This document shows positions 48,167 through 59,374 of a stretch of 64,000 bases of DNA, piece after piece. The position numbers and the translations under genes were made by a program. Within the stretch, counting starts at the first letter, position 1; every line of letters starts with the position of its first letter. A model generated the notes under the pieces. It was not told where the DNA came from and did not search any database. It saw nothing but the letters and a program-made list of their open reading frames with translations. Origin of the DNA: Amphiscolops sp. MND2022 (Eukaryota); the NCBI GenBank assembly GCA_964187785.1, contig OZ076409.1:11410001-11474000 (forward strand), read 5' to 3'.

Positions 48167-50124
48167 TTTGATTGAGAGAGAGAGAAAGTATCTTTGGAAA
48201 AATTGAGTTCTTCAAAGATTTAAGTTTTCTTTTGGATACGTTATAGTAACGGAACAAAACTGATTGTTACAAGGCAAGTCAAAAAATTGTAACTTTACAT
48301 GTATGTACTACATATTTATACTTTCCCAGCATCATTTGTTCCTCACCTAAAAATTCCTAGGTATCACAAAAATCGGGTTTGTTCAACAAAAAGCGCTAAT
48401 GATTCATATCATTTCAGTCCCGCGTCGTAAAATCAGGCTTCAAAATTCCTAGTTGCGTCAGCGTCCCGTAAAATTTGTTGAAATCATTTTTGTTCAGGCA
48501 ATTCCATTTCCTGTTTAAGTCTCAAAATTGCGGTAAAATAAAAGTCTAGCTTGCATTTTCATCAGCGTAAGCACGCCGGCATGAACAATTAGTCAATTTT
48601 CAATTTGGGAAGCTGAGATTCGAAGCAACAGAATGACACTCAAAAATGGTGACGGAATGACGACGGAATAAATCAATTTGGAAGCGGAGGAAAAACATGG
48701 AAATTTGGTATAAAGGAACAAACGATGCTGAAATTATAATCTCAAATTCAAACATATGAATTACCTGCTAATGGTATGCTATATTGTTTACATTGAACAC
48801 AAATTAAGTCCAAACGGGACTTTAACGGGATACAACAAAGATGAGCGCAACATATTCGTAATAATAAACGGAAAGCAACTTCAACTCTTTGCACAATAAT
48901 CATGAAATTTATCAAAACATAATCGAAATCTGGTCATTAGCCCGATTGTTATTATCATAAAATACAACTGTCACTACTGACTTGAAGCCGATGAATTGAC
49001 GTTGACCTTACGTCCTATGTTAGGATTATTGTTAAGATATTTTAAGTGCCGTAGTAAATCAAGTAGATTTGTTCCCTTAAGGAGGAACTAAGTAAGGCGT
49101 AATGTCAACGTGTTTTAGTGATTTACCATGATGATACAAATCCAGAACATAAAATTACCATTGCAATTTTCTATCATTCTTCCTTACAGTACAGTTTTCC
49201 TTATGTAAAATCATAACTCTTAAATCTTTCAAATGCATCGATTTAAAGGGCTTCGTTTGGATTTCGTTTGAAGCAGTATTTTTCATTTGCGATTTTACAA
49301 TTCGCTCCGTAGGTGCTACGTATTAAGATTATCTATAGCAGAACAGCGGAATACAATTTTACAATCCGCACCGTAAGTGTTCCGTACGTATTGAGATTGC
49401 TCATAGCTTAGCTGTCGGACCAAGCGGAGAGCAAGCGGAGTGCGTAGGTGAAATCATTCTCTTTCTCTTATTCCAATTGGTGTTGCTAGGGGCAACCGAA
49501 ATTGATTCTATTAGCTAAGAATAGTTCTATCAATAGAGTGACGTTATCGGTCCGTAGAAGCAAAATTCCTAATATTAGCTCAGTAGATTGACGTTGCCAT
49601 AGCGTTGTAAATATTTGCCTAAATCACTTGGCTGTGCTTTAAGTGAATATTGACAACCACTTCATCTCTGGAAAACAATTCCGCTCTATTATTTGTCTGT
49701 TCTTTTTCATTTTAGATTGTATGAATTCCGTTGGGATCTCGGAATTGAATTTTATTTTAATGTTTTCATTTTAGTGTGGACCAGTGGAAAGAATGATCCC
49801 AATTATAAATGTTCATTTTAGTGTTTAGATTAGTATGGCAGAAAATCAGAAGATCATACCGGAAGTGAAAAATCTTATCACGCACGGAGAATATTTAACC
49901 GGAAGTTTTAGCTAAAAATCATTTCTGAAGAGTGTTCCGTAACGTTTACGTTAGGTTTTGTATTTGGAAAATTATCTGCAATCGATTTAGCTGTACTGTA
50001 AGTAGAATTTAGATTAGTTTAAGATTAGTTTAATAGAGTTTACCTCGGCCTTGTCCTCGGCCTCTTCCAAAGCCGGGTATGCCGCTACAGCAATAGAAAT
50101 TACGACCGGGAGCGGGTCGTGACA
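47788..50124 (-). repeat. 5' LTR of element B (2337 bp)
   Basis: Direct repeat of 33524-35868. TATAAAT on the minus strand at 48314-48320, ~150 nt upstream of the gag ATG at 48166. Confidence 0.96.
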
Positions 50125-50228
50125 CTTATTAAATAGATCTTTTTGGTGGTTAGTGAGCCATACGACCTGGGCGGCCCTTCTCGGCAATTCAGCATTGGCT
50201 CTTTGGCACCCTTCATACACCTGTTTCA

Positions 50229-50712
50229 AACAAGACCAGAACGTCTAAAGTAGGCGCTATATCTAAGGTTCACAAAGCGCAAAACATTTCTTATAGAAAA
50301 AAACTTGAAACTTTCGAATTTTTCTGTTTCGAAAAATGTCGCATAGTGCCGAAAAATGTGAAAAGGGGACTCTTTTGGATTCATTAACATACATTTTGTT
50401 GCAAAATTTCAAAAAACCCGATGGGGGGACCCCTTGGGAACATTAAAAAAAATTTCGAAAAAAAGTAGCACAGCGCCGAAAAAAATCCAAAGGGAGACCC
50501 TTTAGGCACTCCCGGCTTTGTAGGTGTCCTCGAGAAAGCAAAACATGAAAAGGGGAACCCTTTGGACTAAGTTTTCCTTGACCTTAAGTGGTTTCAGGAT
50601 TGTTTCTAAAAAATGGACCGATCAGTGTGAGGATTTTAGTCTGAAGAAAAAAAAGAAAAAAAGGTCACTGCTATAGTCGGGCATTTTGCCTTAAAAGGAA
50701 ACGACTAAAAAA
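50229..50712 (-). mobile_element. HINE/DINE-1-like repeat copy
   Basis: AACAAGACCAGAACGTCT-AAGTAGGCGC at one end and AGTCGGG...CGACTAAAAA at the other. Internal GTCGCATAGTGCCGAAAAA motif. Confidence 0.65.
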
Positions 50713-50719
50713 CAAGTCA

Positions 50720-52075
50720 TCAATGTCTATGGTACCAACAGAGCAACTGACAGCTATCATTGTCGGCAATGAACACTTGGAAGACAATGTCGAACAAGTA
50801 TTAGCGCTATTGGTCAGATACAATGATGTCAAAATTCACAAATTGTCAAACTGCATTCGGTTGTGTATCATCTCAACATCAAAGTCAATGAACTGGAAAG
50901 ATACCAATCAAAAGACTGTCGCATTTTCCGAAATATGCCAGAATGTTCGAATGGCTTGATCCTGGAAATTACACTTGACTTCATTTGTGATATCACGTGT
51001 GTGAACATTCAAGCGTGTGATCTAAAATCTTGTCATGCTTTAGGCACAGTCGTATTCGTGAAACCTCCGGCCATTATTGTGAAATTTGTCTATTTCGACC
51101 AAAAGGACAAAATTTGGTCACGCAAGCGAGTATAACAACAACCCAGTATACATTCACGAGCGACCTAGCAAATCTGACAAGGGCATGAAAAAACGAATCG
51201 AAACGAATGGGATGTATGTTGAAACCAGCAAATGAGTGCCAGGTGTACAAATCGAACAAGATGAGAGAACAATGATTCAATTATAATTAACCCACTGTAA
51301 AGATCTCAGAGCAAAATGTGAAGTAGCTCTAGCATAGAGCTGCAAAAGAAACCACGGGCGAGACATTTTCAAATTAGCGAACGGAAGAGAGGACGGCATG
51401 AACACAAACTAGAGAAACACCATGTCACACAGCTAACAAAGCATTCAATCTTGTCTTCTTGCACAATGCTTACAACAGGTATCCCAGCATTGAAACGTGG
51501 ACGCAATCGATTCAACCCGCCTTCTTTAAATGATGAGGAGATAATATTGTTAGAACTGAAAGCTCGAACAGACCATGACAATGACTTACTAGACTATGTG
51601 GAAGGCCTTCTCAGTGGAACACCAACTGCCAAAAAACATTTGCTTCAATTTGACGAGGAAAATTTTTGTGCCGAAACAGGAAAAAAGTGGAACAGTTGAA
51701 ATCTTATAAAATACATTCACACCAATTGGTAAGTCAGTGTGAAACACTATCTGTTTTAAATGATAATTTCAGATCTTTAGATAAACACTTCAACGAATTA
51801 GACGCTGAACTACAAGTACGAAAAATTAATCTGACTCTGATAGGCCTCAGCGAGACCTTCGTCAACAGCGACAAGGCAGCAGGATCCTTCAAGTCCCCTG
51901 CCTATTATAAGTTGATCAACTGCAACAGAAATGATGGTCATTAAGAATGAGTCGAATGTTGCATAAGTAACAGAATAAGCCACCGCGTGCTTGTGAAAGA
52001 CACTACCAAGAAGTGGCTAGTAAAAATTCTTTGTCCATCCATAGTTTTAGTTGGAGTTACCTATAGGATGTTGTA
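50720..52075 (+). pseudogene. Decayed non-LTR retrotransposon (CR1/L2-like) fragment: ORF1 and start of the APE endonuclease
   Basis: VNELERYQSKDCRIFRN...CHALG...PAIIVKF resembles LINE ORF1. NFRSLDKHFNEL...LIGLSETF...NRNDG resembles the start of an apurinic-like endonuclease. Many stops and frameshifts; no RT follows. Confidence 0.7.
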
Positions 52076-53276
52076 GTACCTATACGAATGAATTCGTTCT
52101 ACTGTCTGCTTTCGGAACTCCCCATTCCCACAGTTGGGGTTTTTTACCATCAGCTATAATATGGCAGCCACAGTAAGAACATTGGCGGAACATGGACCCT
52201 TAGCATCGGACGTCAAAGTTTTTGGTATTTTTAGTAGTATCGAGTGTTTTTATTGCAAATCTAAAGCGCCCGGAATAGTTCATGAAAGATCAACTTCGCT
52301 CGTAGAAACAATTTCAGAACATGAGAAACCATCGATAGTCGTTTTTTTTCAAAATGGGAAATATAATTTTTAGGCGAAAATGTTTAAACATCAGCAATAG
52401 TGTTTGAACTACGTTCAAATTTTTGGCAATTATAAAAGTGTTCCAGGGTTACTAGCCTTAGTTAGGAAGTGCAATTTATTTTCTTTGCCTATATTAGAAG
52501 GTTACTTGAATCTGTTAACATTTTTTCTACCTCACAAGTATTATAACAGTCCAGGTTCTAAATAGAGGCTGTTCAAAGGCTATAGCTACAGGTTATAAAA
52601 TGGAATTGCATTGACATCATGTGTCAACAAGCGTGAAACATCTTCACCATGACCCAAACACTGACTCATCATTTAAAAAAAGAAGGTAAGGTAAATAATG
52701 TTTGTTGAGGAAGATGGTTGTTTGATATTTTGTTACCAAGTTCGTCTTGAGCGGGCAATAGCCTTTGAAGGTCTTTTTGAGTTCTTTGCATGGATTTCTT
52801 TCCGAGCAAAAATCCAGGTAAATATCAATAATATTAACAATCGGATTCGAACACTGTCCTTACGTAGCAGTGACACGATCTTTACAAAGACTCCATGAGG
52901 TGATTGAACCCTCAATTCACAACAATCTTTGGAGCACTTCATTTTTTGATCCATATCTCCGAAACTATTGATACTCAAGAGAAATGCTTCCATCAAAAGT
53001 TTCTCAAAATTTCATCTAGTGTACATACGTGTTTGTGAAAAAGTTCTATGACAAACATTGGGGCAATTAGCTCTCAAAACTTCTATAAGTAATGTTCGGT
53101 TTACAAACCAAGTTGTAAGTTTTTGTCTAATTTACACACTTTTGAATAGTTTTCCTTTATTATAGCTATCCACTGATTGCACTGTCACACTAGGAGGCAC
53201 TTAGCATTTACACGTTCAAAGAAACTCGGTAATGTCCACTGAATTGAATCCTGTACATGTATTAAGATTTGGTATG

Positions 53277-54923
53277 TGTCATTTGGTATTACTATCAAAT
53301 TCCCCAAGCATACGCCGAAACCAACCCCCCACCGGTAGTACTTTTCGTTTAGACCAATAAAAAATAAAGGCACTATAAGCTACATGTAATTTTGATGCTA
53401 TTGTTATGATTTTATATTTTTACCGTAGGGACATATAGTCCATACGGCCACGATAAAAATTAATACTTTAGATGTTAGAGTTTATTTTTAGTTGATTGTT
53501 AGTTAAATCTGTGCCTGATTTTAGCGAAATGTTGTTGAATATTGAAATGTCGATTTGTAAAAGAAATCAATGTAAACTTTGCTGAATTGAAAACATGCAA
53601 TCAAACGCAATTAGGAAACGAGTTCAAATGAGCTTCCAACGTAGCTTAGTGTATTCGCTGTCCTATATTAAACAACCAATCACAGCACAGTAATTATATC
53701 AATTTTGGTATAGCTGCGCAGACTTGTAGTTTGCCACGGTTAAATTACCACCTGACCAGCACTGGTACAAAACTGAAGTATATTACTGTAGCGGGACAGA
53801 CTTGTGGTCCGCTAAGGTGAAAATACTGAATCTATGCAAATTCTCTCACCATGTAGTGTTGCATTGTATGAAAGATACATAAAAACATCATATTCGGATT
53901 TAGTTGAATAGTGCTATATATAGAATTGAGACACTCGGTTGACACAGCTTCCCCTCCTAGTTTTGCTTTGATGCTACATTTAACCTGATGAACAGTGACG
54001 TAACGCTAAAGTCATTAAGCCTAAAATGACCCAGTTGCTATTTGTAGTAACATGATCAACACAAGTTTGCTTGTCATGCAAGGAAGACTATATATAGTAG
54101 GGACCAGTAGGCAGAATTCAATTATGTTCCTTCTTGACCTAAATCTACACGCACAAACTGGCACTTATTGGAATCACCAGTGAATTTGCTTTTTTATACT
54201 TGTTGTATTCGCTTTCTTTGTATTCAAGTAAAGATCCAAGACAACCAGTCAATTCACTGTTGCCAAATACAACCTTTCTTCAATGCCTTCAATTAGAAAA
54301 TAGAAAGCAAAAGAGGCGTTCTAGACAGTTAGACATCATGTCTGATGTAGAAAATGTTGACATAATGTTAGGGAGTTACTCTAGGGAAGATGAGAGAGAT
54401 GATCAGAATGAAAGTTAATTGAATCTGGACTCAGGGTCTATCAGGCCTCAGCAAAATTGCAACTTAGTTGGAGAAAACTTTAGGTCGTTACATATTACGA
54501 ATAGTAGAGAGAATAGCGAAATGACCATTGAAACAACTAGAATGATTAGCGAGGAGATTTCTAATCAGATGTCTAGTAAACTTAATGTGATCAAATCAAG
54601 CTTAAAATCTCTGATACAAGATGCAATTACAACGGCAATAGCTGGGAAAGTGCTTCCTTCTATCCAAAATACGTTAGATACACAGGGGAGAGCTAATTTC
54701 ACCGTGGTGGACCGAGAGTCCTGGGGGCTAGAAGTGAGCCCAAGGACGACTGATTTCACCGTGGCGGACCGAAGATCCAGTGGACTACAACGGAACTCCG
54801 AAATTGAAAACAACTCGAAAACGTGGGAGAATCGCCCCAAAACGTGTTCTACGCTGGAAATTTATAGACGAATGTCTAGAGAGAGTTCAGTAAACTCATA
54901 TTTAGGCGAACAAAATCGCAACA
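53277..54923 (+). mobile_element. Solo LTR related to the LTR of element A
   Basis: TGTCA...GCAACA termini, with flanks GTATG / GTATA (4 of 5 match). Contains the YYQ..TNPPP tail, CCAAT/TGACGTAA/TATA motifs and a degenerate Gag N-terminus (RRSRQLDIMSDVENVDIMLGSYSR...). Confidence 0.8.
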
Positions 54924-55439
54924 GTATAGATTTAAGACTCAAAGATTCGCGAAAATCTCTTTACATTTATACTCCAGGGTACAAAAAACGTTTGAGTGTA
55001 ATCAGTGAATGATGGGCACCTTGAACAATATGAAAAAGTAAATAATGATCAACGTCCGCTCCTAATTCAGACTCTACAATTGAATTTCCAAAAACCTTTA
55101 TGTAAAAATTGCCATCTGTAAAGTTGTCGCATATTAGTTTTAGGGCTTCCATAATTAGAGGAATAAAAACCTGACAAAAATCGAAGAAACCTATGTTTCT
55201 TTCACATTTTGAAAAATTTTACAGTTTTTGAAAAATTCACAAACTCATAAGGCGTTCCAAATTCACTTACCAAACAGAGGTTCCGTTCTTCTATCACAGG
55301 ACTGTATATTGGTGACTCTTGTTTTGAGTCTAACCGACCAAAATAGATCTACCATAAGTTCTAAAATATTTGAAGGGGGCGAATTGGACAAATCGGTCCA
55401 CGGAACTGAACTATGATCGTTATTCCTCTTTAGCGTAAC

Positions 55440-55695
55440 GAGACTAAATCGTTCCCCTTTCGTTTTTTTTTTGGCATGGCACTGTGAGACATCTTTTCGA
55501 AAGTTTTTACATGTCTCGAAAAGGTCCCCTTCAATTTTTTGATAGTTTGTAAGAAAATGAATGTTGAAAAGGCCCAAAGGGTATTACAGTTTTCGGCACT
55601 ACGAGACTTTTCAAAGTCAGGAGAGAATATTTTGAAGTCCTTTTGCAATTTTTGAGCTTTAAGCGGGCGCCGATTTATGCCGTTCCCGGCTTGTT
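55440..55695 (+). mobile_element. Partial HINE/DINE-1-like repeat (3' end)
   Basis: Ends GGCGCCGATTT-GCCGTTCCCGGC-TTGTT like the other copies. Confidence 0.55.
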
Positions 55696-56520
55696 TTGCT
55701 CTCTCTGAATCCTTGGATCGAGCTGCAGCTCATACAGTGGGTTAAAGAATCGATATTTTGTTTCATGGTTCTACAAAAATTCGTCACCACATAATGATCT
55801 TTAAACCAACAGTGGAGCTGTAGGATACAGAAGAATTTAGCTTTAACATTGGCAAGTAAATTATTTTTTGCAAACAGTTAACGCTCTGAAAGTTATTTTG
55901 TAAATGATGCTACAAACTATAGGTTGCACTCTTCTGCAAACTAACATTCCGAGAAGAACTCAATTCCAGTTTGATCATCTTGAACATTCTGCAACCTTGG
56001 AGCCGTATTTTTCAAAATCCTACGCAAGTTGGTTATCGCAAAAAGTCTCGTGATATATTGAAAGGCCTGACCTTCACAATTCAGTGTTAAAAGTGATCAC
56101 ATTTCTGCGTGAAAAGGTTACTGAGATTTGAGTACTGTCTTATGATCTAGCATTTATTTAACAGGAAATGAAACGTCGAAATTTATGCTTCTAGTTTGAA
56201 GATAAAACCCTATTGCGACGTTCAAATGCCAAGTTTTTAGCTGTCATATGATCGAAATTTGTCATATTTTTATTCATCACGTGACAAACTCAAGGACGCA
56301 ATTCATTACTGAACCATGGTTGACATTTTCAGTCAGAGTTTTGCAGATGTACGGTTTTCACTGAATCTTGCAAAATATCAGTCGAAATCATACATCTGCA
56401 GAACAGTAGCCAAAAATTCAAGTCTTAACAATTGTAAGAATAATATTTTTTCAACCAGCTAAGACAAAGAAAACGAATTAACTCTAAATGGACGATGGTT
56501 ACAATTTCGTACCAAATATT

Positions 56521-57183
56521 GGACCATGTGGTCTATTTCCCCCCCCCCCCCCCAAACTGCGGCGGGGGGGGGTTAATAATACAGTAGGTTCAAATACTAG
56601 TTTTAAACGAATTAATTATGTCGACATAACATTTTAAATAGTCAAATACCATTATGTCGACATCGTTGCGTTGAAATTTTAGTCCAATAAAATATTTGAT
56701 GTCGACATAATCATATCTTTTACATTGATTGACAGTTAAAATCAATCATTATTCTTTAAAATCTGCTTCCAAACGGACATACTTCCATATTTACAAAACT
56801 ACGAACTTTGCATTCAGCATTTAAAAAATTTGGGTCTTTTGCCACGAAGTTTAAATTGTCCCATCTGCAAAAATTGTCTGTTTTGGACAAGATATAAAAA
56901 AGTCAAAGATGGTTTTGGCTGGAAGTGTCAAAATGGAAATTGTGCGAAATTCAAAAGTATTTTTTCTATTCGCACGGGAAGTTTTTTCGCCCAAAGCAAT
57001 ATTCAGTTCTCAAAATGGTTACATTTAATTTACCTACAAATTTACATTTATTTGTAAGCATATCAACTTGTTTTATTCATTCAATATTTAATATACTTGT
57101 GAAAAAGCCGTTTTCGTTTTTTTTTGGGGGGGGGGGGCGAATTCCTAACAAGGTGTACCTGGGGGAAATAGATCACATGGTCC
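56521..57183 (+). mobile_element. Merlin (IS1595-like) DNA transposon deletion derivative
   Basis: TIRs GGACCATGTG(G/A)TCTATTTCCCCC; 8-bp flanks CAAATATT / CAATTATT. Internal fragment CPIC...DGFGWKC...C...SIRTGSFF (56830-57057) is typical of Merlin transposase N-termini. Confidence 0.75.
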
Positions 57184-57651
57184 CAATTATTTTCTGCAAA
57201 GTCTGAAAGCACCAGCTGACCGTATGCTGAAGAAAACTCTTGAATAAAATTTTCAGACGATATTACATAGCATTGCACGCCTTTTCACGGAATATTGACT
57301 TGATGTCTCCGAAAGCAAGGAAACGGGACCAAAAATTCAAAAAATCGAGCGCAGATTTTCGGTTTTTCCAGTTTCCGTTTGTGGCGACTTTATTCCACTG
57401 GTATCAAGATTGAGTTAAAGCGGCCCTAGCATCTTTTGAAACATGTGGAAATGCACACAGAGACACGAGGCTTCAAGGTTTTGGCGCAAAGACAGGAGCC
57501 AAGGAGCCAGTGTGTTTTCTATTCAAGTTTCTTTTTGAACAACTTGCTAGTTAGCTAGACCGAAACTCGGTGAAGGCCAGGACGAATGAACCTCCAGGGA
57601 ACGTTTTTAGGTGAAACCGATACTTAAGTTAGGATTGTTGTAAGACATTGG

Positions 57652-58104
57652 GGACCATGTCATCTATTCCCCCCCCTTGGGTACACCTTGTTGGGAATTC
57701 CCCGACCCCCAACACGAAAGCACATTTTGTTCTTGAATAAAAATATTTCATTAATAAGAGAATATTATATGAATGTATATACTTAGAGGATTGTCTCTAC
57801 AATTGTTTGAACACTTTAGGTTTAAAAAATACCATAATTTTTTGATATTAGTGTCCAAAATAGCAGAAATTCACGTTTGGAACAAGCTAAAATTGTATAA
57901 AAATGTATAAAAAATTGTATTCTATTTCAGCGCAAATTTTGTCCGCTATAAAATCTAATGAGCAACTTTCAACTGACAGTCAATGTAATGGATAGGATTA
58001 TGTCGACATCAATTACTTTATTGGACCAAAATTTCAGCGCAAATGATGTCGACATAATGGTATTTGGAATAGATATCGACATAATGGAATAGATGACATG
58101 GCCC
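57652..58104. mobile_element. Merlin-related MITE
   Basis: TIRs GGACCATGTCATCTATTCC / GGAATAGATGACATGGCCC; 8-bp flanks GACATTGG / AACATTGG. Shares ATGTCGACAT motifs with 56521-57183. Confidence 0.7.
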
Positions 58105-59374
58105 AACATTGGTCTTCTGTCTCCCGGTGTCTTAAGTGTCTAGATCGTGCTCGTTTTACTGGACGTTACATCAGAAAACTTGGGACGATGCGAATTTCAT
58201 AAAGCATGTTCTCTGCACATCGCAATGTTCAATGCAATTTCTCTTCAATAAATGCATTTTCGCGGCGTAAATGGAAGGAGCATAAACCAATGAAATGCAA
58301 TTCATGGAGTTGTGAGTGATATCACAGACATTTGGATACGTACATTTCTAATGTTTTTTTTTCTAATGGGGGCGTGCAAATGTTTGGATGCTTTTAGCTT
58401 GTGTAGTCCTTGAACGTTCATCTTTTTGGTGGGAAGGAACTCGGAGACTTCAATGAAAAATGACAATTATACACGCAACGAAACCAGAAGTAACCAAACC
58501 GGCTGAAATTCGTCATACTTGAAAGATAGAGGACATAAGAGAGCATCCACCATCGCTAAGAAGTTTAACGCCAGAAAAATCAAAGCGTGAGCTTGAAACG
58601 TATCAATGAAATCAATGATGTTCAAAACATGCATGTCAATGAATCAAATAAGCATTATCGTTTAATTGCCATTTTACTCAAATTTCCTTTCAGAGCTGAG
58701 ATTTTTGTTTTTCTAGGATGGAATACTTTCCTACAAAACTCACTCATCTTTCTCGACATTTAAAATCACAGTAACCGAGTAATCAAATACTGCTTCTACG
58801 ATTTCGGTTCTTTGCTTCCACCTCAAAATTTTTAGAATGGAATTTAAAAAATTAAACTGTCATAATTAAAAGTGAAATTTTCGCAACTTTATGAAAAGAA
58901 ATGGTGTGAGAAAGTTCATATCTGGAACCTAAACTGTTACCTTGAAATTAAAGTTAAATTTGAAGGCTTCTGGTTAGGTTTTTAGTCTCATTGTCATAAC
59001 ATTTTGGGTAATTTCGTATAAAAATTTTCGCGGTGGGGACATGAACAAATTACGCTTTCTTTTCTAAGTTGTACCATGGTTTAGAAACTTTGAAAAAGAA
59101 GCCCAATTATAAAAATAGCTCAATTCAGAACGTAGAAAATTATCACTTGAAACAAAGCGTGAATTGATTTTGCTCAAAAAGGTTCGCAAATCAGACATTA
59201 TTGAAGCCAAAATTATTGAAGAGTTTTTCTTTGTGTTACAATAATACAATTCAGAATTTTGCGTGAAATTATGGCAAAAATGAGAAAAATATTAATGAAA
59301 CCTGAATATAAATCCCCATTGTTTTTTTCGGTATTTCATTCAGGCCGATGAATGAAACCGGTTTTAAGAAAAAA

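Larger units (their letters stand above)
33524..50124 (-). mobile_element. Complete large Ty3/Gypsy LTR retrotransposon, element B, 16,601 bp, with accessory genes
   Basis: LTRs 33524-35868 and 47788-50124 with TGTTACGA...TCGTGACA termini. CTTAT TSD at 33519-33523 and 50125-50129. PBS, gag and pol present. Confidence 0.97.
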
